This document shows, piece by piece, positions 16,101 through 24,513 of a DNA stretch of 26,763 bases. Within the stretch, counting starts at the first letter, position 1; every line of letters begins with the position of its first letter. The notes beneath the pieces were generated by a model. That model searched no databases. It saw only the letters and a list, made by a program, of their open reading frames with translations, and was not told where the DNA came from. Both the position numbers and the translations under genes were made by a program. The stretch is from positions 1 through 26,763 of the forward strand of contig DXJV01000044.1 of NCBI GenBank assembly GCA_019056785.1, written 5' to 3'. The stretch is from Candidatus Heimdallarchaeota archaeon (GTDB lineage Archaea; Asgardarchaeota; Heimdallarchaeia; JABLTI01).

Positions 16101-17454
16101 AAATGTCATAGACACTAATCCCTAGGTCACCCTTGGCACTTTCCTCGAGAAACGAGCCTGTGCCGGCAGAGCACGCAGCATTCATTGCATAATCAACAGG
16201 AACACCATTTTGAAGATACATATATTTCGAATCTTGTCCCCCAATCTCGAAAATGGTGTCAACCTCAGGATCAAAAAAGACTGCTCCTTCAGAATGGGCT
16301 GAAATCTCATTATAAATTGCTCCTGTGCCGAGGTAAGCACCAACAAGAGCACGCCCAGAACCGGTCACACCAACTAGATAGATCTTAACATCCCCAACTT
16401 GCTTGAGAATTTCTTTAATGCATTTTGTTGTTGCTTCTATTGGTTTGCCATTTGTTCGTCCGTAATAGGAAGCTAAAATGCTTTTTTCATCAGGATCCAA
16501 TAAAACTGCTTTTGTAGTTGTTGACCCCACATCAACGCCGAGAATGAATGCTTTATTCTTGTCGAAGTTGGTGCTCACTTTGGGTGCTTCAAAGATTTTC
16601 ACTTGTTTTGCAAATTGTCGTAAAGAGGGGTGTTTCGTGAAGCTTTTCTGCATTTTTAATTTCAATTCATCTTCGATGGGCTTATCTTTGACGAGAAGTG
16701 CAGTTCCATATGCTTCAAAAACGGGACTGACATCCTTAATAACAACATCTACATCCGGCAAATCTTCTCGTAATAACTTTACAAAAACATCATTCAGTGC
16801 CACCCCACCAATGACAAGAAGCCGGTTCATTTTTTTCTGGGCTTGTATAAGCAATCCCTTAACTTTATTTACCATACTTGCAAGGACTGAAAGGAGCAGG
16901 TCCTCAACAGTGGCTTCACCTTTGTTTAATTTATGTGTAATGTCTGACTTGCAATGAACCGAACATCGCGATGCAATTTCAACTTTCTTTCCTTTTGCGG
17001 CAAGTTTGATTGCTTCCTCAAGTGACAGCCCTAAACGATCTATTTGTTGGATAAAGAATTCCCCACTTCCAGCGGCACATTTGTCATGGGACAGGACGTT
17101 GACAATAAAACCTTGCTCATCCAGCACATAGAGAATAAGAGCTTCTCCACCTAAAGAAATGATGGCATCAAATTTTTCATTTAATGCTTGAATTCCGCGC
17201 TCGATTGCAGCAATTTCAGAAATCTCGCCAAAAGAACCTGAAATACCATAGAAAGTTCTTTTGGTGGGTTCCAGCTCTTGTAGTAACTCTTCTAAAACAA
17301 CAACCGGTTTACCAAGATGTGCCCTCTTGAAAATAGTTGGTGTTCCCTTTTCATCAATGCTAACAACATTAACCGATACTGACCCAATGTTGATTCCGAT
17401 GAACTGTTCATTGTTGGAAATAGTTATACACCTTTTTTTAAAGCGATAAAACAT
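13120..17454 (-). CDS. Fused CoA-substrate-specific enzyme activase (two BadF/BadG/BcrA/BcrD ASKHA domains plus DUF2229/2-hydroxyacyl-CoA dehydratase-like region)
   Basis: Motifs HDKCAAGSG, ASRCSVH, GVDVGSTTTKAV, EIGGQDSK, MNAACSAGTGSFLEE, FQGGVAKN, CKACENYC..CSRYE, IGIPRAL, FCFPIQILHG, ELDAHTADAGIQTRLEAF, GKECIP, GPFNCLP. Confidence 0.9.
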   Translation of the reverse strand: MFYRFKKRCITISNNEQFIGINIGSVSVNVVSIDEKGTPTIFKRAHLGKPVVVLEELLQELEPTKRTFYGISGSFGEISEIAAIERGIQALNEKFDAIISLGGEALILYVLDEQGFIVNVLSHDKCAAGSGEFFIQQIDRLGLSLEEAIKLAAKGKKVEIASRCSVHCKSDITHKLNKGEATVEDLLLSVLASMVNKVKGLLIQAQKKMNRLLVIGGVALNDVFVKLLREDLPDVDVVIKDVSPVFEAYGTALLVKDKPIEDELKLKMQKSFTKHPSLRQFAKQVKIFEAPKVSTNFDKNKAFILGVDVGSTTTKAVLLDPDEKSILASYYGRTNGKPIEATTKCIKEILKQVGDVKIYLVGVTGSGRALVGAYLGTGAIYNEISAHSEGAVFFDPEVDTIFEIGGQDSKYMYLQNGVPVDYAMNAACSAGTGSFLEESAKGDLGISVYDISNIAIDADMPVRFKADCAAFINTDIRTALQEGYRRDDIIGGLVYSIVDNYLNKVKGSRPIGKKVFFQGGVAKNHSVGYAFAQATESEIIIPPNPELMGAFGIALLVKNKYEQHEINGMPEQTTLKGLIKSKLKSLGTFTCKACENYCTIERYEVGGRRFSFGGSCSRYEHQWRHMKVEEKPDYVHQRNQLILGSSDETQTETQKKSKGKIGIPRALLVHSLFPLYSTFFKELGYEVVLSKIDKERELMTNAAFCFPIQILHGAVLDLIKKKDITRIFLPHVHNLPKGDKWLDATFCPITQASPYFISTAFKNVDFLKPVLDYSEGYENSDALITMAVEELNETRLQANEAYQKAVEKQLAVENQLQQMGEEIIKELQEKDEIGILLVGRSYNAFPPETSLRIPKKLASMGVTVIPFDFLKKEEVNDIPWFFVNYAKVAINLAKKYDNLFLLYINSFSCTIDAFSQNYVRSEMDSKPYLMLELDAHTADAGIQTRLEAFLEIIKNYRAGKRKEEPKPFQVAKVKRRNGRVVVITSKGKQISIRDPRVKLYLPSFSKYHTEIGDKILSLFGFNAGGTTEIKLDYLLKGYRYSSGKECIPLPVVLGQILTLVKNRKPGEIIGMYMIRGGAPCAVYSYFHYIEQFLEKNQIEDVFLYRFDYLTKFLGTKLTQVIRHVPAAIIMGDLMWEIESSLRVVGEDGSVELLHTYWQQFLDEAKTLKDYRRGIKKLIRNIAKIPRKMSPKDAPKVLVSGDFFVRFSDFFLGELREIYAKEGIIVKSTDLFELSIYAQSSSSSYLVNKEWKKNPDKLGTILKATTSLWDDVSQILLVGKIGTALMLRIEKRLRKRFKRTGLLYAHPNDLTTINRLSEPLISPLIFGEAIPTVGKGMEALEGSLYDSLVLTGPFNCLPYKVSQAILKPIYLENQMPFLVFDVDITAVNPNVKRLIYANIEQIKRRREDIILQKQRQKAIRIRGRVSKLLQKRLRRKMRKIERRDE

Positions 17455-17621
17455 TCTTTTGTTAATGGAAGTAATATAATTAATTTTCTATATAGCTTAA
17501 GAAATAATGGTCCAATTAACAGCATTACATTATTAAACCACAAATGCTCTTCAATAGAACAAATGCTTTTAAAGAGAAAGAAGTTAGATTTTCTAGAAAC
17601 AAATTATAGGAAGTGTCATAG

Positions 17622-18944
17622 ATGAATATAAAAATTGGAATACGACGTGAGACAAAACCTGGGGAACGGCGAACACCTTTGTGTCCAAAAGCCGTTCGAA
17701 AGTTGAAAGAGGAACAAACCATTCAAACAGTTCTTCAACCATCGGAAACTAGAGCATTCACAGATGAGGAGTACACGCAAGCTGGTGCCCTCATTCAAGA
17801 GGATCTTTCTGATTGCACCGTTGTTTTCGGAATTAAAGAAATGACAGAAGATATGTTCCGTCCAGATGGTGTTCTTGTTTCGTTTCATCATGTCATTAAG
17901 GGGCAGAAAGACAATATGCCCATGCTTAAAAAAATGATGGCTGTTGGATGTACGATAATTGATTATGAAAAAATTACTGATGCAAAGAATCGCCGGCTTA
18001 TTTTCTTTGGTCGACATGCTGGTTATGCGGGAATGATTGATACTTTGCATGGTTTTGGTTTGCGTTTGAAAGAAGTGGATGGGCTTGAAACGGCATTTCT
18101 CGAGATAAAACAAGCAAGCAAATATTTTGATTTGGCTGAAGCTAAAGAAGCGATGAAGAAAGTTGCCAAAGATATTGAGAAAGAGGGCATTCCTGAAGAG
18201 CTTTGTCCGCTTGTTATTGGTTTTCTGGGGTATGGTAATGTTTCTCAAGGGGCACAATCCATTCTTGATGTCTTCCCTATAAAAACGATTGAGCCTGAAC
18301 AGCTAGCTACTTTGGTAAACAACCCCAATAAAGAGGAGTGTCGTAAGTACATTTACAAAGTGGTTTTCAAAGAAGAACACATGGTGGTGCCGAAAAAAGC
18401 TTCAGATAAATTTGAACTCCAAGATTATTATGACCACCCTGAAAAATATGTTGGTGTTTTTGCAGAGCGTTACCTTGAGTATATTACCGTTCTCGTTAAT
18501 GGTGCTTATTGGTCAGCAAAATATCCTCGTTCGGTGACAAAAGAGGACCTCAAGAATCTTTTCTCGAAAGATGAACCTCCTCGCCTTCGTTTTATTGGTG
18601 ATATCTCTTGTGATATAGAAGGAGGTATTGAAGCAACAATACGCATCTCCTATATCGACCGACCTTTCTATGTTTACAATCCATTTGATAATACTGCAAA
18701 GGATGGAGTTGCCGGGAAAGGCCCTACGATTCTGGCAATTGATCATCTCCCAACCGAAATCCCCCGAGACGCATCAGAATATTTCAGTGATACCTTACTT
18801 CCCTTCGTTCCCAATATCGCAAAAGCAGACTATTCTGGCAGCCTTGACAATTCGGGTTTGAAAGATGAAATCAAACGTGCTGTGATACTCTGGAAAGGAG
18901 AGTTAACACCGAGCTACCAATACATTAGCCAATTTTTAGGTTAA
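17622..18944 (+). CDS. Lysine-ketoglutarate reductase (LKR; AASS N-terminal-domain-like saccharopine dehydrogenase)
   Basis: Motifs IGIRRETKPGERRTPLCP, FGIKE, IIDYEKITD, FFGRHAGYAGMIDTLHGFGLRL, GYGNVSQGAQ, DISCDIEGGIE, IDHLPTEIPRDASEYF. Confidence 0.9.
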   Translation: MNIKIGIRRETKPGERRTPLCPKAVRKLKEEQTIQTVLQPSETRAFTDEEYTQAGALIQEDLSDCTVVFGIKEMTEDMFRPDGVLVSFHHVIKGQKDNMPMLKKMMAVGCTIIDYEKITDAKNRRLIFFGRHAGYAGMIDTLHGFGLRLKEVDGLETAFLEIKQASKYFDLAEAKEAMKKVAKDIEKEGIPEELCPLVIGFLGYGNVSQGAQSILDVFPIKTIEPEQLATLVNNPNKEECRKYIYKVVFKEEHMVVPKKASDKFELQDYYDHPEKYVGVFAERYLEYITVLVNGAYWSAKYPRSVTKEDLKNLFSKDEPPRLRFIGDISCDIEGGIEATIRISYIDRPFYVYNPFDNTAKDGVAGKGPTILAIDHLPTEIPRDASEYFSDTLLPFVPNIAKADYSGSLDNSGLKDEIKRAVILWKGELTPSYQYISQFLG

Positions 18945-18965
18945 TCTCTCCCTTTCTCTTTTTTT
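18945..18965 (+). terminator. Putative oligo-T terminator after LKR
   Basis: TCTCTCCCTTTCTCTTTTTTT directly after the stop codon. Confidence 0.4.
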
Positions 18966-19279
18966 GCTTGTGAATTTTCTTTGAGTAATTGAGTTACTTT
19001 TCAATAACAAACGATTAATTGAATGAGTCTATTTCAAAGGGTTTAGTGAAGCAACAGTTTAACTTGGAAACCTTTCCAAAAATTCGCATCAATTGGTGTT
19101 CTCCATAGATAAAAGTTACTGCTGGTAAAACCCATCTCTTTCCAATTTCTATTGTTAGTTTGTCCTAGTGTATTCTCTTTCTATTTCAGATCTAATTTGA
19201 ACTAAAAAGAAGGACGAAAAAACATTTAACTTCGATTTGGAACTTAATGTACGGTATAAATTGAAAGGTATGGATTTCA

Positions 19280-20596
19280 ATGAACAAAGTAGTCGTTTTT
19301 GGTGCTGGACTTGTTGCAAAGCCCGGCATTCGGTATTTACTCGAAAAAGGCTTTGAAGTAACTGTTGCTTCTCGTACGGTAAGTAAAGCAGAAGCAATAA
19401 TTGCTGGACATCCAAATGGCAAAGCTGTTGCTTTTGATATCACAAAAGATGATCTTGACGCCACAGGGCTCATTCAAAATAATGATTTAGCTGTGAGTTT
19501 ACTCCCATATGTCTACCATCCACAAATAGCCAAAGCATGTATCAAGCATAAAAGGCATATGGCAACAACCTCTTATGTGAGTGATGCTATGAAAGCCCTT
19601 GAAGCAGATGCGAAAAAAGCCGGGATCATGATTATGAATGAATGTGGTGTCGATCCCGGAACAGATCACATGAGTGCTATGCGAATCATTCACAAAGTAA
19701 AAAGTGAAGGGGGAAAAATCGTAAGCTTCCGCTCAATTACAGGCGGACTTCCTGCCCCAAATTCAAATGACAATCCTTTGGGATACAAGTTCTCCTGGTC
19801 ACCAAAAGGAGTTATCCTTGCCGGAACGAATCCTGCAAAATATCTCGAGAATGGTAAGATCGTGGAAATTAAGAGTGGCGACCTGTTCAACCACTATTGG
19901 ACAATGTCTGTTGAGGGAATGGAGTTAGAAGCCTATCCGAACCGCGACAGCCTGAAATACATTGACTTATATGGCTTAGAAGGCATTAAAACCATGTTCC
20001 GTGGAACCTTCCGCTATCCAGGTTGGTGTGAAACCTTGCAAGCTCTATTTGATTTGGGGCTCATGGATAAAGAAGCTAAAGAGGGCTTAGAAGGAATGAC
20101 TTGGAAACAACTGCTTCAAAAAATCTTGAACTACTCGGGAGATGACATCCGCCAAGAAGTTGCTCGAAAATTAGGAAAGCCCGTAGATGCAAAATGCCTT
20201 GACCGTTTACAATGGCTAGGCTTGTTTGATGACACGCCCTTACCAACAGGTGGCTCCTATCTTGATGCACTTGCAGACCAATTCCTCAACAAACTCGGCA
20301 AATTCAAACCACATGAACAAGATATGATCATTATGCGGCATGAATTTGAAGCTGAATACCCCAATGGTAAAAAGAAAACTATCTATTCTACCCTCTTAGA
20401 TTATGGCATTCCCAACGGTGATTCCTCCATGTCCCGAACGGTTTCCTTGCCTGTTGCCATTGCAGTACGTCTAATGCTTGAAGGCGAAATTAAAGGAAGT
20501 GGGATACTGATACCAATCACACCTGAAATTTACAATCCTATTCTAGACGAGCTAGAAACGATGAATATCAAATTCGTCGAAAAAGTCGTCGAGTAA
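19280..20596 (+). CDS. Saccharopine dehydrogenase (L-glutamate-forming; Lys9/AASS C-terminal-domain-like)
   Basis: Motifs VVVFGAGLVAKP, VSLLPYVYHP, TTSYVS, NECGVDPGTDHM, GGLPAP..NDNPLGYKFSWSPKG, LEAYPNRDS, RGTFRYPGW, SMSRTVSLP. Confidence 0.93.
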   Translation: MNKVVVFGAGLVAKPGIRYLLEKGFEVTVASRTVSKAEAIIAGHPNGKAVAFDITKDDLDATGLIQNNDLAVSLLPYVYHPQIAKACIKHKRHMATTSYVSDAMKALEADAKKAGIMIMNECGVDPGTDHMSAMRIIHKVKSEGGKIVSFRSITGGLPAPNSNDNPLGYKFSWSPKGVILAGTNPAKYLENGKIVEIKSGDLFNHYWTMSVEGMELEAYPNRDSLKYIDLYGLEGIKTMFRGTFRYPGWCETLQALFDLGLMDKEAKEGLEGMTWKQLLQKILNYSGDDIRQEVARKLGKPVDAKCLDRLQWLGLFDDTPLPTGGSYLDALADQFLNKLGKFKPHEQDMIIMRHEFEAEYPNGKKKTIYSTLLDYGIPNGDSSMSRTVSLPVAIAVRLMLEGEIKGSGILIPITPEIYNPILDELETMNIKFVEKVVE

Positions 20597-20744
20597 TTTC
20601 ATTTGAGTTAGGCTATTGTTTTTTTTAGCCTGACTTTCTCTTTTCTTATTTTGAAAATTGTTGAGAAAAAGTCTCTTGCTTTCTTCTTGAAAAACTTTGA
20701 AACAAGATTTAATAGGTAAAAACAATAAGAATAACCGATTAGTG

Positions 20745-21737
20745 ATGTTTGAGAAAGTTGAAGCTGCGTATCGAAGAATCAAAAATTATGTAAATCATAC
20801 TCCTACAATGACTTCTTCTACTCTTGACCAGCTACTTGATTGCAAGTGTTTTTTCAAGTGTGAAAACTTTCAAAAAATTGGTGCCTTTAAATTTCGGGGG
20901 GCAATGAATACTCTTCTCCAGCTCTCTCAAGAAGAACGGCGTAAGGGAGTTATTACTCATTCCTCTGGGAACCATGCTCAAGCACTCGCTCTCGCCGCTA
21001 AAGTCCTAGGAGTACATGCTGTTATTGTTATGCCGGAGAATGCTCCGAAAGTGAAAATGGCGGCCACAAAAGGTTATGGCGCTCAAATTGTTGTTTGTGG
21101 CTCAAAACCAAGCGACAGAGAGGAAGCTGTTAAACCCTTGATTGCAAAACATGGCTATACATTTGTCCATCCCTCAGATGACCTTCGCATTATTCATGGT
21201 GCCGGAACTGCTGCTTATGAGTTAATTACAGATGTCGGTTCTTTAGATTACATTTTTGTGCCTGTTGGTGGTGGCGGTTTATTAAGTGGTACAGCAATTG
21301 CCACGAAAGGATTGCTCCCGAATTGCAAGGTTATTGCTGTGGAACCGGCAAATGCTGATGATGCCTATCGAACATTTAAGACGGGGAAACTTCAGCCATC
21401 AATAAACCCCCAAACCATTGCTGATGGTTTGCGCACACAACTTGGACCAAATACCTTTCAAATTGTTATGAAGCTAGTTGATGATATTATAACTGTTACA
21501 GAAGAGCAAATTGTCGATGCCATGCAGTTTCTTTGGGAACGAATGAAACTTGTTGTTGAACCTTCTGGTGCTGTTTCTCTTGCAGGCGTCCTTTCAAAGA
21601 AAGTTTCTGTTGCAGGTAAAAAAGTAGGCATTGTTATTTCTGGCGGGAACGTTGATCTCACCTCCTTTTTTACCACTCTTCGTACAAAAGTTGCTGCTGT
21701 GACCCCTAATTCGAAAACTGAAAAGGAAAGAGAATAA
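20745..21737 (+). CDS. PLP-dependent serine racemase/dehydratase-family enzyme (fold type II)
   Basis: Motifs FKCENFQKIGAFKFRGA (PLP Lys), THSSGNHAQA, PVGGGGLLSG, VEPANADD, TIADGL, VEPSGA, ISGGNVD. ATG at 20745 preferred over TTG at 20697. Confidence 0.88.
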   Translation: MFEKVEAAYRRIKNYVNHTPTMTSSTLDQLLDCKCFFKCENFQKIGAFKFRGAMNTLLQLSQEERRKGVITHSSGNHAQALALAAKVLGVHAVIVMPENAPKVKMAATKGYGAQIVVCGSKPSDREEAVKPLIAKHGYTFVHPSDDLRIIHGAGTAAYELITDVGSLDYIFVPVGGGGLLSGTAIATKGLLPNCKVIAVEPANADDAYRTFKTGKLQPSINPQTIADGLRTQLGPNTFQIVMKLVDDIITVTEEQIVDAMQFLWERMKLVVEPSGAVSLAGVLSKKVSVAGKKVGIVISGGNVDLTSFFTTLRTKVAAVTPNSKTEKERE

Positions 21738-21771
21738 TTTTTAGTCAAGTTAGTAGCAAATATCAATTACA

Positions 21772-22542
21772 ATGTCGGGTAAAACTTTCAAAAAGAGCCT
21801 ACAAAGAGCGGTCGAGTTAATTACCTCAAAACAAACAGAAAGCAACTCTGGCAAGCAAATTGTAGCCTTAACAGGTTCAGGAATTTCCAAAGGTTCAGGG
21901 ATCCCGACATTTCGAGGAAAGGATGGTTTGTGGAAGCACTATAATGTTCTCGAATTGGCTACTCCACAGGCCTTTTCGAAGCAGCCAGACATCGTCTGGG
22001 AATGGTATGCCTGGCGAATGAACTTGATCTTGGAAAAAGCCCCTAACCCCGCACATTTTGCACTTGCAAAATTAGAACAAAACAACCTTTTGTCATGGGT
22101 CATTACCCAGAATGTTGACAATTTGCATAAACGAGCCGGTTCGAAGCAAATACTTCAAGTGCATGGAGACATTTTCCACGCTTGGTGTATGAATTGTGGT
22201 TTTGAGAGGCAATTGCTCACAGCACCAAAAGAACCGCCCCTCTGCCCCAAATGTCAAAAAAGTTTTCTACGACCCGGTGTTGTTTGGTTTGGTGAATCAC
22301 TAGACCCCAACGTCCTTAAAAAGTGTGTTCAAATCTTGACGGAGGAATGTGATGTTCTCCTCATCATTGGGACAAGCGGACTTGTTTATCCTGTTGCAGA
22401 TTTCCCTAGAATTGCCAAACAAAATGGTGCTGTTCTAATTGAAATCAATCTTGAGGAAACCCCAATTAGCTCTTTAGCCGACTGCAGTATTTTTGCACCT
22501 GCTGAAAAAGCCTTATCGGCTCTTTCAGAAGAATTGTTGTAG
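21772..22542 (+). CDS. cobB: NAD-dependent protein deacylase, sirtuin class III (CobB/SIRT5-like)
   Basis: Motifs LTGSGIS..SGIPTFRG..GLW, WYAWR, ITQNVDNLH..AG, HG, CxxC...CxxC, LRPGVVWFGE, GTSGLVYP. Confidence 0.95.
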   Translation: MSGKTFKKSLQRAVELITSKQTESNSGKQIVALTGSGISKGSGIPTFRGKDGLWKHYNVLELATPQAFSKQPDIVWEWYAWRMNLILEKAPNPAHFALAKLEQNNLLSWVITQNVDNLHKRAGSKQILQVHGDIFHAWCMNCGFERQLLTAPKEPPLCPKCQKSFLRPGVVWFGESLDPNVLKKCVQILTEECDVLLIIGTSGLVYPVADFPRIAKQNGAVLIEINLEETPISSLADCSIFAPAEKALSALSEELL

Positions 22543-22576
22543 AGCATCAAATACTAGGCGGGTTACAGAATTAGAA

Positions 22577-23122
22577 CTACTTTAATTCTCTGGAGAGCCA
22601 CTCGTCTTGTAAAATATCCATTAAGATAACATCATGGTATTTCCCGTCGCTAAAATGTGCCTGGCGTAATTTGCCCACCATTTTAAAACCAACTTTTTCA
22701 TAGGTGCGAATGGCTCTTTTATTGAATTCGAAAACACGAAGCTCGATGCGATGCAAATTCAAAAACTTGAAGCCAATGTTTAATAATACAGTCATCGTAT
22801 CGGTGCCAAACCCTTTCCCCCAATTTTTTTTAGCATGAATCGCAATTCCTAACTCAGCCGTTCTTGTGATAGTATTTATATCAAAAAGGCCACACGTACC
22901 CAAAAATTCTCTTGTATCTTTCTTTACAATTGCAAAATGATAGGCTACTCCTTTCTGTCGTTCTTCCCAAGTCTTTCGAATCCACTGTTCTTCTTCTTCA
23001 TGACTATATGGTAGTGGTGTGGAGATAAATTTTCGTAAGTCGATAGTATTGAAATGCTCTAAAATGTCATCAAGATCTGAGAGTTCAACTGAGCGTAAAA
23101 GTACTTTTTTCCCTTCAAACAT
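22577..23122 (-). CDS. GNAT acetyltransferase, RimJ/RimL family
   Basis: Motifs VLLRSVELSD, TAELGIAI..K.NWGKGFGTD, LNLHRIELRVFEFNKRAIRTYEKVGF, GKYHDVILMDIL..EW. Confidence 0.93.
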   Translation of the reverse strand: MFEGKKVLLRSVELSDLDDILEHFNTIDLRKFISTPLPYSHEEEEQWIRKTWEERQKGVAYHFAIVKKDTREFLGTCGLFDINTITRTAELGIAIHAKKNWGKGFGTDTMTVLLNIGFKFLNLHRIELRVFEFNKRAIRTYEKVGFKMVGKLRQAHFSDGKYHDVILMDILQDEWLSRELK

Positions 23123-23186
23123 TTTCTCAAGCCTTTTTTATTTCTACCAAAAAGGCTCTCCTATCAAAATTCTTTCCATTGGTTCT

Positions 23187-24320
23187 TTATTGTTTATGGG
23201 GATTAATCTCGAGTACTTTTTCGGTGATATTTTTCTGTAAGATACTCTTGCTTGAAGTAGGCGGTGCTTTAATATCTATTTTTACTTCTTGACTTAGAGG
23301 GGTTGCATCTTCCTCTTTTAATGAAACGGCTTTAGTTCCCTCTGCTGGGGCATCCTCGTCTTCTTTGTTCTTTTTCAGAGTGGTTTTTGTTTTATTCATA
23401 ACTTCACTTTTTGCTTTAAAGAAGGATAACATTGCAACTCCAAAAATGATCATAATGATAGCACTCACTTTTAATGCCTTTTGCCAGAGAAGTAAGGTGC
23501 TTTCCCAGACGGTATACCATTCCGCAAAGACGATGATTCCAGCAGTCACTTGTGTGAACAGATTCATAATGTCTAAAGTTGGTGAAACAACAATGGCTTT
23601 CCCCCTATCTAGGGCAATTTGTTGGGATGTAAAAGCAACGATGTAGCCAATTATCATAATAAATAAGAAAATCCACCATTCCCAACGCATAACTGAATTT
23701 TGCCAAAACTCCCCCGTACCAAAGCGTAGGCTTCCTATTGCTCCTTTTGCAAAAATAGTTGCAAGAGCATAGGAGAACCCAGAAGCCATCCCCAACAGAG
23801 CTCCTGCTTGTGTAAACTTTCTTCCAAGTGAGACAATCAACATGACTACAATAAAAACTGCAAAAGTAATAAGAAAGCCATATCCTTTTGGCTGAGAGAA
23901 GCGGTAAATCATTTCATCCAGATTAAAGTGTGCCGGGTCAATGGGTGGCCCGGAATAAAGAGCAATGATTCCAACAATTATCACTCCTATTCCTGAGATC
24001 TCGAGAATGGTTATTGGTTCTTTTAAAAATAACCAGGAAAGTAAAATTAGAACGATAAAACCGACCGCCATTGTTGGGGCAACCAGCGAGAGGGATCCTA
24101 GTTTAATGGCATACATGAGGGGGAACCACTGAACGATTGTTAATAAATAGCCAAAAACCCATGTTTTACATTTTGCGAAATTTTTGATATTTTGCCAAAC
24201 CGTTTGTGTTTCTAATTCTGGGAGTGAACAAATGCCTCTTTTTTTGAATATTAATCCAATATTATAAATCGAATTTGCCAGGCAACCAAGGAGGATTGCA
24301 ATAACGTTCTCTGTAGCCAA
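23187..24320 (-). CDS. DMT-superfamily transporter, NIPA (Mg2+ transporter)-like
   Basis: About 9 hydrophobic segments. Motifs GLIFKKRG, W..G, GSLSLVAPT, LSWLFLKEPI, QIALDRGKAIVVSPT, GIIVFAEW. Hydrophilic C-terminal tail. Confidence 0.7.
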   Translation of the reverse strand: MATENVIAILLGCLANSIYNIGLIFKKRGICSLPELETQTVWQNIKNFAKCKTWVFGYLLTIVQWFPLMYAIKLGSLSLVAPTMAVGFIVLILLSWLFLKEPITILEISGIGVIIVGIIALYSGPPIDPAHFNLDEMIYRFSQPKGYGFLITFAVFIVVMLIVSLGRKFTQAGALLGMASGFSYALATIFAKGAIGSLRFGTGEFWQNSVMRWEWWIFLFIMIIGYIVAFTSQQIALDRGKAIVVSPTLDIMNLFTQVTAGIIVFAEWYTVWESTLLLWQKALKVSAIIMIIFGVAMLSFFKAKSEVMNKTKTTLKKNKEDEDAPAEGTKAVSLKEEDATPLSQEVKIDIKAPPTSSKSILQKNITEKVLEINPHKQ

Positions 24321-24513
24321 GAGAGTTCTCCTGTATTTACGTAAATACGATTAAAGTAAGGAAATAAATAACTAGCTAAATAATAAATCTTCCCCAAAAA
24401 GGGAATTTCGTTATAATCAGTTGAAAAATTGCCTTTTCTGCTTCGCAGACAACTTTTAAGTCTGATTTAATTGCTTTCTAAAGATAAATCTAATAATCTT
24501 AGCTGAGAATAAT

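Noticed and set aside
13029-17475. 12-bp inverted repeat ATTACTTCCATT (13029-40) / AATGGAAGTAAT (17464-75) flanking the activase gene next to a tRNA
   Set aside because: No transposase, integrase or target-site duplication. It lies on the 5' side of the tRNA, and a 12-bp match in AT-rich DNA is plausible by chance.
18944-19280. Read-through or frameshift fusion of LKR and SDH
   Set aside because: The frames differ, the spacer is a 335-bp AT-rich stretch with stop codons, and a T-tract follows the LKR stop.
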